DNA of 64,000 nt from Thermofilaceae archaeon (GTDB lineage: Archaea > Thermoproteota > Thermoprotei > Thermofilales > Thermofilaceae), in contig JAWCCZ010000003.1 of the NCBI GenBank assembly GCA_038861545.1, forward strand, positions 160,001 to 224,000, given 5' to 3'. A program made the translations under genes and the position numbers. Under the pieces are notes generated by a model. It worked only from the letters and a program-made list of their open reading frames with translations, did not search any database and had not been told where the DNA came from. Within the stretch, counting starts at the first letter, position 1, and every line of letters begins with the position of its first letter. Below, piece after piece: positions 31,209 to 40,910 of this stretch.

Positions 31209-32966
31209 GTGGGTATACGCATCATTTTTCTCTTAACCTTATTCGTATTTTCAACTCTATTGTTAGTATCAATCGCAACAGCGCAAGCGTGGCTTACAGT
31301 AACCACTGAATTTGAAACCTACGAGCAGGGCGACGTAGTGGAAATCACCCTTCAAGGCCCCATTGGAGCAGAAGTCATGCTGGAGGTCAGGGATCCGCTA
31401 GGCGAATTAATAGATAGCAAGTACGTAGTGATATGGCCGGAAAGAACCGTTAATGTGAACTTACCGCTCAGCGAAGAGTGCACTGAAGGTGTTTACACAG
31501 TCACTGCCAGCTTCCTAACGTACACCGTTCAAACAAGGTTCACTGTTCTGCGGAAACCATCTCCCATTCTCGTCCTAGCGCCCCCCGGCAGCGCTCAAAC
31601 CGGTGAAGAGGTGACAGTAATCGGTTTTGTATACCCAGGGTTAAGCTTACCACTCGAAGCTTATATTAAGCTCCCCGGCGGCGAGTGGATCCATTTCGGA
31701 GAGATACAATCTAACGCTAGCGGTTGGCTGACGTTCTCGGTGAAGCCGGACGCGGAGGGTATCTATGAAGTTAAAGTCAGATACAGGGGCTCGCCCGAGC
31801 TCGCGCCCGTCATGACCATAGCTAACTTCACTGTTATGGTTTCCAAACCACCTGGATGCCGGGTGGAACCATTAGGCACCAAGCAGCTCAACGAAACCGC
31901 AAAGCTAGCCTGCAGGGAGTGCGAGGCAATAATTGCTAGAACTATACGCGGGGATCGACTGTACAAGCCGGGGGAAACGGTAAAGCTAGATACCCCCGGT
32001 CCTTGGTTCATTTACCCCCTATGCAACGGTGCGCTGGGAACTCCGGTGCTCACACTGGTTAAGTCGAGCATCAGCATGCACCTTGAAACCCCTGAAGAAG
32101 TCGAGGCCGGTAAACCTTTTACGCTGAAAGTCCGTTTATCACCTCCAACTCCAATGCTGAGAGTAGAGGTTCTCGGAGAAGAAGGTCGAATACTCGCAGC
32201 TGCGAGTACGAGAGTAGATGGAGTATCTATTATGAGGCTCAACCTTACGAGGATAGGCAAGCTCCGTATCCACGCAGAGCTTCAGCCCACAGGCGTGTTC
32301 GAAGCGAGCTTCAGTCAGCCAGTCTTAATCACTGTTCGGGGTAGGGAGATGCATGTATGGATAACTGTAACTGATGCTGAAGGGGAAAAACTGCACGGAG
32401 CAATTATAGCAGTAGACAGCCTAGCAGTTGAAGCCACAGAAGGCGTAGCGTGGGTTCCACTTAAAGCGGGGGAGTACAACCTAACAGTGCTATGGCATGG
32501 CTTCACGGTTTACAAGGGAGAGCAGCTTATTGAGAACTTCAGCATAATAATACCTACATGGTTATACAGCATTAAAGTCAAGGTGATAGACTTCATCGGG
32601 GAGCCGGCTCAACTCGAGCAAGTAGAGCTACTCAATGGAAGCGTTCTCCTAGCAGCGGTGACAACCAACGAAGACGGAGAGGTAGCGTTCACCAGGCTCC
32701 CGCCGGGTACCTACACCGTGCGCGCGAGGGGTATAGCGGTCACGCTTAAACTGCCGGACGAGCGCGAGGCAACACTACAATTACCGCTTCCAGCCTGGTT
32801 TGTAACGGCTGTAGCGTTAACCCTGCTTACAGCGATCTCGCTAATAATCGTAGAGTGGCGCGCATCGGGAGAAAAAACCGGAGTAAAAATCATTAGGGAA
32901 AAGAGCCAGCCGACCAGCGAGCAAGCAGCAACCAAGGGTTTTAAAAGCTCAGCATCCAGCTCATAG
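31209..32966 (+). CDS. Membrane-anchored multi-Ig-like surface protein (paralog 1)
   Basis: Signal peptide, beta-rich repeats, several N-x-S/T sequons, C-terminal TM; paralog of 52569-54201. Confidence 0.8.
   Translation: MGIRIIFLLTLFVFSTLLLVSIATAQAWLTVTTEFETYEQGDVVEITLQGPIGAEVMLEVRDPLGELIDSKYVVIWPERTVNVNLPLSEECTEGVYTVTASFLTYTVQTRFTVLRKPSPILVLAPPGSAQTGEEVTVIGFVYPGLSLPLEAYIKLPGGEWIHFGEIQSNASGWLTFSVKPDAEGIYEVKVRYRGSPELAPVMTIANFTVMVSKPPGCRVEPLGTKQLNETAKLACRECEAIIARTIRGDRLYKPGETVKLDTPGPWFIYPLCNGALGTPVLTLVKSSISMHLETPEEVEAGKPFTLKVRLSPPTPMLRVEVLGEEGRILAAASTRVDGVSIMRLNLTRIGKLRIHAELQPTGVFEASFSQPVLITVRGREMHVWITVTDAEGEKLHGAIIAVDSLAVEATEGVAWVPLKAGEYNLTVLWHGFTVYKGEQLIENFSIIIPTWLYSIKVKVIDFIGEPAQLEQVELLNGSVLLAAVTTNEDGEVAFTRLPPGTYTVRARGIAVTLKLPDEREATLQLPLPAWFVTAVALTLLTAISLIIVEWRASGEKTGVKIIREKSQPTSEQAATKGFKSSASSS
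32939..32946 (+). promoter_or_regulatory. Putative TATA box for 32968 gene
   Basis: TTTTAAAA about 22-29 nt upstream of GTG start. Confidence 0.5.
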
Positions 32967-32967
32967 C

Positions 32968-33399
32968 GTGGAGGAAGAGATAACCGTAGAGGTAACGCTG
33001 ACTTGGAGAGTATTAACGGCGCTGGCGGCACTGGCGGCGGCCGCAGCGATAATTACACAATATCAGCAGCTCAACCTCACTGTTAAAGAGCTTTCGGCAA
33101 GCCTCTCCACCCCTATTTTCAGAGAAACCGCGGCGGAAGTAAGCTTGGATAAGCAATCCTACAAACCCGGTGACCCAGTGAGACTAAGAATATGCCTCTC
33201 AACTAAAATCGAGAAGATCCTCACCGTAACCATCGAAGAACCATCAGGACTTGCACACCTCATCCTCGCCAAACCGGAAGACACGTGTCTCCTAGCTACG
33301 GTAACCCTACCCGGCAATGCTTCACCAGGCGAGTATAAAATCACTGTCAGAGGTGACGGAAAGCTGATCGCGATAAAGATGTTCAAAGTCTCGGAGTAG
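32968..33399 (+). CDS. Small N-anchored Ig-like protein (paralog 1)
   Basis: EEITVEV then TM, DKQSYKPGDPV, PGEYKITV; paralog of 54182-54598. Confidence 0.75.
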   Translation: MEEEITVEVTLTWRVLTALAALAAAAAIITQYQQLNLTVKELSASLSTPIFRETAAEVSLDKQSYKPGDPVRLRICLSTKIEKILTVTIEEPSGLAHLILAKPEDTCLLATVTLPGNASPGEYKITVRGDGKLIAIKMFKVSE

Positions 33400-33500
33400 A
33401 GGTTAAAGCCAAAAGCATACAGCTGTAACCTCCACACAGGTTTTAAACCGGGTGGTAAAAGCGTCAAAAATATTTAGTCAACAATAAAGGGGATAAGACA

Positions 33501-33929
33501 ATGCCGGAAAATTATCTGTCCTCTCTCGGGGGGCTTCCGTCAACTACGCAGATGCAAGTAACCCCATCACTGGTCTCCGCCGCCTACAAGCGAGCCCTAC
33601 GGTACGGCACTTTCTGGAAGCTCCCCGCAGAGGAGCGCGCCATTCTCCTTCTAGCTAGGAAATTAAAAGCAATTAAAAGCCCAACCCTCCTCGAGGCAAT
33701 CCTCAGAATCCTCGGGAGAATATGGCCTGAAAAAGCTAAAGCCTTTCAAGCTTTCGAGCTTGGAGCTAAAGTACTAGCCCACAAGGTAAACACAGCCCTA
33801 AAAGTCGGGGCTAAAACCGTGGCTCAAGCACTCCTTAAAGCTGCTCCCACCTTAATACCACAGCTAGGCTACTCCTACATGAACACACCAGTATTCTATA
33901 GGCCAAAACTCGATGAAAGCATCAAGTAA
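33501..33929 (+). CDS. Basic helical hypothetical protein
   Basis: 142-aa ORF, KRALRYG.FWKL..EERAIL motif; no function recognised. Confidence 0.65.
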   Translation: MPENYLSSLGGLPSTTQMQVTPSLVSAAYKRALRYGTFWKLPAEERAILLLARKLKAIKSPTLLEAILRILGRIWPEKAKAFQAFELGAKVLAHKVNTALKVGAKTVAQALLKAAPTLIPQLGYSYMNTPVFYRPKLDESIK

Positions 33930-34013
33930 AGCGCGAAAATGAAAGGTGAAAACTGGGCTATGCGCGCTTACAAAGGCGGCTCTACGAATCCCCTCGAATC
34001 ACATCAGAGATAA

Positions 34014-35165
34014 GTGTTGAGTGAGGATACCTTCGTCTCAGTGATCATACCAACGAGAAACGAGCGCGAAAGCATAGCTGAGTGCGTTGAAAAAGCTAGG
34101 AAGACTCTCGAAGAGATGAAACTCACAGGCGAGATAATAGTCTCAGACAACTCCAGCGACGACACACCAGAAATAGCGAGAGGGAAAGGAGCCATAGTTG
34201 TGCATCCCGACAGGCTAGGATACGGCTACGCGTATATTTACGCTCTCCGCCATGCTAAAGGCAAGTACATCGTCATGGCCGATGGTGACTGCACCTACGA
34301 CCTCAGCGAGATGTCTAAACACCTTGAACCCCTCCTTAAAGGAGAAGCCGATGTAGTCCTCGGCACCAGGATCAAAGGTAAAATAATGCCTGGAGCCATG
34401 CACTGGCTGCACAAGTACATCGGCAACCCACTCCTGACTCATATTCTCAACCGGTTCTACGGCACGCGCGTCTCCGACGCCCATACCGGCTTTAGAGCTT
34501 TCACTAGGGAGGCGCTGGAGAAAATCGAGCCGACTGCTGCTGGTATGGAGTTCGCCAGCGAGCTCATCATAAAGGCGGCGTATGCGGGCCTCAGAATCAA
34601 GGAGGTCCCCATAACCTACTACCCCCGAAGAGGTGGAAAGTCGAAGCTCAGAAGCTTTAGGGACGGCTGGCGCCACCTAAAGCTGATGCTAACCTTCGCC
34701 CCCAAGTTCCTCTACTACATCCCCGGCGCAGCTATGATGCTAACCGGGGTGACATTCATGCTAGCAGCTCTCCTCAGGGTCCACCTCGGCTACTCACCAG
34801 GCATCCACTCCTCTATCCTAGGAAGCATGCTCACGATACTCGGCTTCAACTTTGTAACTCTTGGGCTTGTCACTGATATCTATCTCACCAACCTTCTTGG
34901 CAGACCGACCAGCTCAATAACTACCGCCATCCTGAAGCACTTCAGCTCTGAAAAAGCGATGCTTCTCGGGGTGCTCCTCTCACTTGTTGGGCTAGCCTAC
35001 CTGCTCCACATCTTCATCGCCTGGGTGGAAAGCGGATACCGATACATACCATTAAGAGGCGAGAACGTTGTAGCCTCAACACTTTTTATACTAGGCCTCC
35101 AAACTATCGTACAGACCTTCACGCTACATCTCATTTCAGTAGCAGTCAGTGAGCAGCGGCGCTAA
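34014..35165 (+). CDS. GT2 polyprenol-phosphate glycosyltransferase (DPM1-like) with C-terminal TM helices
   Basis: IIPTRNE, SSDDT, DGDCTYD, SDAHTGFRAF, EVPITY, DGWRHL, C-terminal TM segments. Confidence 0.88.
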   Translation: MLSEDTFVSVIIPTRNERESIAECVEKARKTLEEMKLTGEIIVSDNSSDDTPEIARGKGAIVVHPDRLGYGYAYIYALRHAKGKYIVMADGDCTYDLSEMSKHLEPLLKGEADVVLGTRIKGKIMPGAMHWLHKYIGNPLLTHILNRFYGTRVSDAHTGFRAFTREALEKIEPTAAGMEFASELIIKAAYAGLRIKEVPITYYPRRGGKSKLRSFRDGWRHLKLMLTFAPKFLYYIPGAAMMLTGVTFMLAALLRVHLGYSPGIHSSILGSMLTILGFNFVTLGLVTDIYLTNLLGRPTSSITTAILKHFSSEKAMLLGVLLSLVGLAYLLHIFIAWVESGYRYIPLRGENVVASTLFILGLQTIVQTFTLHLISVAVSEQRR

Positions 35166-35179
35166 GCAGTGCGGACAGA

Positions 35180-36184
35180 ATGGCTAACTACGACCTCCTC
35201 GTAATTGTTATCAACTATAACTCGAAATCCTTTGTCGGTATAGTCAAGAAACTGATGGAGGGCATCGCCGAGCTAACCAGATACCTCAACACAAAACTCC
35301 TCTTTGTGGACAACGCTAGCAGCGATGGTAGCTTCGAGGAAGCCGCCGAGCACGCGCGTAAAGCTGGGGCTGATGTCGAGGCAGTAAAATTAACTAAAAA
35401 CTTTGGCTTCACGCGAGCTGTTAATATCGCCTGGCACTACGCCCGCAAAAAGTGGAGCTTCAAGTACCTAGCTCTTCTCAATAATGACCTTGTCATAATA
35501 CCTCGAAACCTCGCAAAGTTAGCAAAGTATTTGGAAATCGGTAGAGTTGCCGGCGTCCAAGGCACAATCATGCAAATGCATAACCCCAGCCTCATTGACA
35601 ACTGTGGCTTCATGATAGACCAAAACGGGCTAACATACCCAGTCTGCAGAGGATATCCGTTTGACTGCGCTGAGTTATACACACCAAGCTACCTCAGCGG
35701 AGCTTGTTCACTTTATCGCGCCGACGCTATAGCGGAACTCGGCCAACCCTTCGACAACCGCGTCGAAAGCTACTACGACGACAAACACCTAGGCCTCCGC
35801 CTCTGGAGTAAAGGTTATAGGTTGTTACATGTACCGATAATTGTCGCTTATCATTTAGGATCAGCTAGTTACTCATGTAATGGAAGAACAATAAAAGGGT
35901 CCAAATGGTTTGAAGGAATAGTATTTGCAGAGCTAGCCATCGCAGTTAATTATAGAAGATTCTCCTACCCTATCATGGCTTTATACATAGCTTCATCAGT
36001 ACTCGCTTCAATTTTAACAATGAATAATTATGTTAAAAGTTATATAATAGCAGTAAAAAGAGTTAAAAATTTCATTGATGAAACTATTGCTATTAGGAAC
36101 ATACCTAAAATTGTCTATATTAAATCAATTGCTAAATTCAACAGATTATATAAAGGAATACAAATAAAAATTAATTACAAATGA
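35180..36184 (+). CDS. GT2 glycosyltransferase (rhamnosyltransferase-like)
   Basis: INYN, DNASSDGS, NFGF, LNND, SGACSL, YYDDKHL. Confidence 0.85.
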   Translation: MANYDLLVIVINYNSKSFVGIVKKLMEGIAELTRYLNTKLLFVDNASSDGSFEEAAEHARKAGADVEAVKLTKNFGFTRAVNIAWHYARKKWSFKYLALLNNDLVIIPRNLAKLAKYLEIGRVAGVQGTIMQMHNPSLIDNCGFMIDQNGLTYPVCRGYPFDCAELYTPSYLSGACSLYRADAIAELGQPFDNRVESYYDDKHLGLRLWSKGYRLLHVPIIVAYHLGSASYSCNGRTIKGSKWFEGIVFAELAIAVNYRRFSYPIMALYIASSVLASILTMNNYVKSYIIAVKRVKNFIDETIAIRNIPKIVYIKSIAKFNRLYKGIQIKINYK

Positions 36185-36209
36185 AACGTTATTTAAATGG
36201 AAAACATAT

Positions 36210-37325
36210 ATGAAAGATAAAGTTATTCTACTTCGCTCTCGTATAACAGATTCGAGCGTTTTTAAAATAGCAGAAGCACTATCAGAACGATATGATGTAA
36301 CTCTGATCATTTGGAACAGAAGCTTAGAGAAGATTAAAACTAACTTAAAATACAAATTATTTTTATTAAATCTTAAAGCACCTTATGATAATATTAAAGT
36401 AATAATATTTATACCTTTCTGGCTAATATATCAGTATATTATGTTAATGAGAATCAAACCAGATATTGTACATTCATTTGATATTGATACACTTATTCCA
36501 GCAATTTTTTATAAAATAACAAAATCAAAGAAACTTGTATATACTATTTTAGATTTTTATGCTAATACTTTAATATATGTATTAAAACTTATTAAAAGTT
36601 TCTTTTCCTCATTGGAAAAATTTTTGCTAAGATTTTGTGATGTTGTAATAATTGTTGATCCTACAAGGTATTCTCAAATCAAAGGTGCACCTATTAGGAA
36701 AATAGGAATAATCTACAACACTCCTCCTGATATAATAGGTACACATCAATTTTCTACACCGGCACAAATAACAAAGGACAAAGATTTCGTAATTTTTTAT
36801 GCTGGTAATTTGCATAGAGAAAGGAATTTGATACGAATAATTAAAGCAGTATTGACCCTTGATAATACTAAATTTATAATTGCTGGAAGAGGAGAATTAG
36901 AAAATGTTATCATTAGAGTAGCTAAAAAGTTTGAAAGAAAAATAACATATTTAGAATATATTACATACGATGAAGTACTTAGAAGAAGCTTGGCTGCAGA
37001 TGTTTTAGTCGCATTCTATGATCCTAGTACTCCAAATAACCTGTATGCTAGTCCGAATAAACTCTTCGAAGCTATGATGTTGGGCAAGCCGATTATCACT
37101 AATGATGGTACTTTAACTGCAAAAATTGTGAAACAATTTGGAATCGGCTTAGTAGTACCCTATGGTGATGATGATGCGATTAGAAAGGCACTTCTTATGT
37201 TAAAAGATAATCCAACTTTATCGTTTTCACTTGGTCTCAAAGGTCGGAAAATATACGAGAAATTGTTCTCATGGAATAAGATGCGAGAAAGGTTATTCAA
37301 CATATATGAGAGTTTGTCTAATTAA
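36210..37325 (+). CDS. GT4 glycosyltransferase
   Basis: YAGNL, SPNKLFEAMMLGKP; AT-rich. Confidence 0.88.
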   Translation: MKDKVILLRSRITDSSVFKIAEALSERYDVTLIIWNRSLEKIKTNLKYKLFLLNLKAPYDNIKVIIFIPFWLIYQYIMLMRIKPDIVHSFDIDTLIPAIFYKITKSKKLVYTILDFYANTLIYVLKLIKSFFSSLEKFLLRFCDVVIIVDPTRYSQIKGAPIRKIGIIYNTPPDIIGTHQFSTPAQITKDKDFVIFYAGNLHRERNLIRIIKAVLTLDNTKFIIAGRGELENVIIRVAKKFERKITYLEYITYDEVLRRSLAADVLVAFYDPSTPNNLYASPNKLFEAMMLGKPIITNDGTLTAKIVKQFGIGLVVPYGDDDAIRKALLMLKDNPTLSFSLGLKGRKIYEKLFSWNKMRERLFNIYESLSN

Positions 37326-37334
37326 GTCATAAAA

Positions 37335-38498
37335 ATGATGAAGTTTAATTTACTTTTTATTACACCAGTCAACTTAGCTTATCCTGGAGGTGTAGAACGT
37401 TGGTTGAAAGAACTTTCACAACTTTTAAGGTCAAGGGGCAATTCGATTAGCATATTGCAGACCAAATGGATACCGCACACCACAAGTATCTTGGATCCCA
37501 AAAAGATTACAACTCAGAACACAACAATTCATAACTGCCGATATTTAAAAGTACCCGGTGTAGAAACTGTTGTTATCGATCCAAACAATGTAATAAAAAT
37601 ACTGCAAGAATCATTAAATTTAAACAATATAGATTTGGTATATCATTTGGTATATCCACCGAATGAAATCATACTTGGTTACATAGCAAAAGTTATTAAG
37701 ATGACCGCGATAGCTGGAATTCACTTCAGTTTTTCTACTCTCATCGAGAGAGCGAAATGGAAGCTGTATTTCCCTATATTTCTGCAGGGTCTTAGACAAT
37801 ATAAAGTCATACATGTCTTAAACCAACATGTCTATGATTATTTAGAAACATTAGGTTTTTCGAATGTTTACTTTATATCCAATGGTATTAATACATCAAA
37901 GTTTTACGTAGATAACGCGGACGTTTTCACGGTATATTGGTCAGGCCGATTTACATATGATAAGGGAGCGGATATTGCGATCGACATCGTACGGGCTTTC
38001 AATGATCATTACTCGCATGAAGTAGAAAAGAAGGAAGTGTTATTTGTGTTTAGTGGTACTGGTGATAAAAAATATGAGAAGAAAATAAAAGAATTATCGA
38101 AAAAATACAACAACGTCAAATATTTAGGGTTCGTCCCAGATGCTCTGCTACCGCAGTGCTACGCGACATCTAACTTATTCTTAGTAACATCTCGTGTTGA
38201 GGGAATGCCCATAAGAGTATTAGAAGCAACCGCTTCAGGGCTACCTGTTGTAAGTTCGAATATACCGGGAGTGATTGAAATCCTTCATACAACTAAAATA
38301 GGTAGTCTTGTGAAACCTAACAATGTTACTGCATTTATCAGAGCTATAAAAAAATTTTACAAACTATGGAAAGAAAATCCTTCCTATTATTTTTATATTA
38401 AGAAGATTATTAGAAATCGTACAATAATGAACTATGACTGGAATGTAATCATACCTCGTTTTGAAAGTATGCTAGCTTATGCCATCAGGACTCTCTGA
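37335..38498 (+). CDS. GT4 glycosyltransferase
   Basis: GGVER, GRF..DKG, EGMPIRVLEA..SGLPVV; AT-rich. Confidence 0.88.
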   Translation: MMKFNLLFITPVNLAYPGGVERWLKELSQLLRSRGNSISILQTKWIPHTTSILDPKKITTQNTTIHNCRYLKVPGVETVVIDPNNVIKILQESLNLNNIDLVYHLVYPPNEIILGYIAKVIKMTAIAGIHFSFSTLIERAKWKLYFPIFLQGLRQYKVIHVLNQHVYDYLETLGFSNVYFISNGINTSKFYVDNADVFTVYWSGRFTYDKGADIAIDIVRAFNDHYSHEVEKKEVLFVFSGTGDKKYEKKIKELSKKYNNVKYLGFVPDALLPQCYATSNLFLVTSRVEGMPIRVLEATASGLPVVSSNIPGVIEILHTTKIGSLVKPNNVTAFIRAIKKFYKLWKENPSYYFYIKKIIRNRTIMNYDWNVIIPRFESMLAYAIRTL

Positions 38499-39068
38499 AT
38501 GGTTGCTATGCACTGGCCTGGCGCCGGTGTGGGTGAGCTCTGCTTGGCGAAGGATCACTACATGCTCGTGTCACTGATGGATCACTGAGGTGTCGAACTG
38601 ATCAAGCTGGGGAGGAGGATTAACGGGTACATGCCCCACCACATTGTTGGGCTGATAGAAAGGGTTGCGGATCTTGAGGGCTTCCAACTGCGCTCGGCTA
38701 AGGTGGTGGTTCTAGGTGTGGCGTACAAGGGTGGGGTTAACGATGCACGCGATACTTCTGCGCGCGTCGTTGTCAGCGAATTGCTGGAGAGGGGTGTTCG
38801 CGTGGTGGTTTACGATCCCTACGTGCGCGGGTCTTTTGGTGTTATGTACTCTGATTCGCTGGAGGAGGCTGTGAAGGATGCTGACGTGGTGGCTATCGTC
38901 ACTGATCACCTGGAGTTTGGGGGATCGACTTGCAGCGCCTAGAGGTTTTAGTAAGGAGGGAAGATTATCGTGGATGGGAGGAGGGTTTTTGAGCCGCAGC
39001 AGGCCCTGTCGAGCGGTTTCCGGTACTACGGGATTGGCTACGGCATACCCTGGAGGGTGCAGGCATGA
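38499..39068 (+). pseudogene. wecC: C-terminal remnant of UDP-N-acetyl-D-mannosamine/nucleotide-sugar dehydrogenase
   Basis: HWPGAGVGELCLAKD, in-frame stop at 38586, LGVAYKGGVNDAR, TDHLEF, frameshifts, IIVDGRR; NAD-binding N-terminus absent. Confidence 0.8.
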
Positions 39069-40156
39069 GCGTGCTGGTTTTCACGGGGACGAGGCCGGAG
39101 ATCATAAAGATGGCTCCCGTGCTTAAGGAGCTCGAGAGGCGGAGTGTTGACTTCCTCTACGTGCACACGGGCCAGCACTACGACTATGAGATGAGCCTAA
39201 GGTTCATAGAAGAGCTGGAGTTGCCGCACCCGCACTTCGAGTTTAAGCTCGAGAACAGTTCGCCCGCCGCTCAGATCGGGGAAATAATGATTAAGGTGGA
39301 GAGGGCGATTGGGTCAGCGAAGAAGCTCGGGATCGCACTGGTTCAGGGCGATACAAATAGCGTGCTTGCCGCAGCGTTAACGGCACTCAGGTTGAACATA
39401 AAGGTCGGGCACGTGGAAGCGGGTTTGAGGAGCTACGATTGGAGGATGCCGGAGGAGCATAATAGGAGGATGGTGGATCACATCTCGGACTACCTGTTTG
39501 CTCCAACAGAGTTAGCTAAGAGGAACCTGGAGGAGGAGAAGGTGCTGAGGCAGGTGTACGTGACTGGGAACACTGTGATTGACGCGCTCGATATGTACTT
39601 CAGCAAAGTCGCCGAAGTGGAGGACGAGGTGTTAAGCAAGGTCAAGTTTAGCGAGTACGTGCTGGTGACTTTCCACCGCGCTGAGAACGTTGATGATCCT
39701 AAGAATCTTAAGAGCTTCATCGAGATCCTGAGGAAGGCTCCTATCCCAATAGTTTTCCCCGTGCATCCGAGAACGAGGAGGAGGCTTGAGGAGTGGGGCC
39801 TTCTCACGCAGTTGAGCGGTTTGGATCATGTGCAGCTGCTACCTCCACAAGGCTACTTCGAGTTCATAGCCCTCTTAAAGAATGCAGTGCTCGCCTTGAC
39901 GGATTCTGGAGGGGTTCAGGAGGAGGCTACTCACCCTCGAGTTAGAAAGCCGGTGCTTGTGTTGAGGAATTCGACGGAGAGGCCTGAAGCTGTCAGCGCG
40001 GGTTTCGCCAGGGTTGTCGGTTTGAACCCGAACGTGGTGTTAGCTGAGCTTGAACGGTTGGTTTCGGTTACGCCGCAGCTCCCGGAGAGGTCGCCGTTCG
40101 GTGACGGCCGGGCGGCCGAGAAAATTGTGAACGTCATTGAGAGAGAGGTTCTCTAG
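39065..40156 (+). CDS. wecB: UDP-N-acetylglucosamine 2-epimerase (non-hydrolysing)
   Basis: GTRPEIIK, HTGQHYD, QGDTNS, HVEAGLRS, DSGGVQEEA, TERPE. Confidence 0.95.
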   Translation: MSVLVFTGTRPEIIKMAPVLKELERRSVDFLYVHTGQHYDYEMSLRFIEELELPHPHFEFKLENSSPAAQIGEIMIKVERAIGSAKKLGIALVQGDTNSVLAAALTALRLNIKVGHVEAGLRSYDWRMPEEHNRRMVDHISDYLFAPTELAKRNLEEEKVLRQVYVTGNTVIDALDMYFSKVAEVEDEVLSKVKFSEYVLVTFHRAENVDDPKNLKSFIEILRKAPIPIVFPVHPRTRRRLEEWGLLTQLSGLDHVQLLPPQGYFEFIALLKNAVLALTDSGGVQEEATHPRVRKPVLVLRNSTERPEAVSAGFARVVGLNPNVVLAELERLVSVTPQLPERSPFGDGRAAEKIVNVIEREVL

Positions 40157-40910
40157 CTTACCCTCTCCTTTCTCAGCTCTAGCACGACTGTTCCCCCACT
40201 GGTGTGGGGTTTCCCGGGGTCTGGGCACTGCACTTACCCCACATCGTTCCCCCTTCCTATCCCTAGGTCGCGGGCTGAAATGCCCTTTAGGAAGGGTACT
40301 AGCATGGTGGATACACCGATCAGCAAGTACAGACAGACCCTATGCTGGTGCTCCCATATGTAGAACTCCTCCGCTTCGCTTCAAGCACGTTCCCAGGCTT
40401 ATAGCCAAGAACACAGTTACTCAACCTCCTTCACGATCATCTTGACTCTGTAACCCGGCATCAAATGGTATGCATATCTGTTATCCGTACCTATAATTGT
40501 TCATAAGGCTGCTAGGCTTTAAGGTTGTTCTACATTAAGAATTGTAAGAATTGTCATGCCTCTTTTTCCATAAGGATCGTTAGTCCATACATTTTATACA
40601 ACACATGATAAACTTATCTGTGAAGTTCGATGCCCCTCTTCGAAGAATTCTTTATTCATCTTTAATATCATTTATCGTAAGAATATCAGAATATTTACTC
40701 TTACTCCATACAATACTCTATGAATTAAGAAGAATCAGGTACATGCCACATAAAAGATACTACCTTAAAATATTATCAAAAATTACCAATATTATAATCG
40801 ATTGTTCATTGAAAATAAGCGCTACCTCATGGTTAAAGTGATACATGTATCACAGAAAAATAGTTCATGTGTATCCACTGGCCAATAGAAACTTTAGTTT
40901 TTAATAGTAA

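Noticed and set aside
40605-40841. 78-aa ORF
   Set aside because: AT-rich, no motif; likely spurious.
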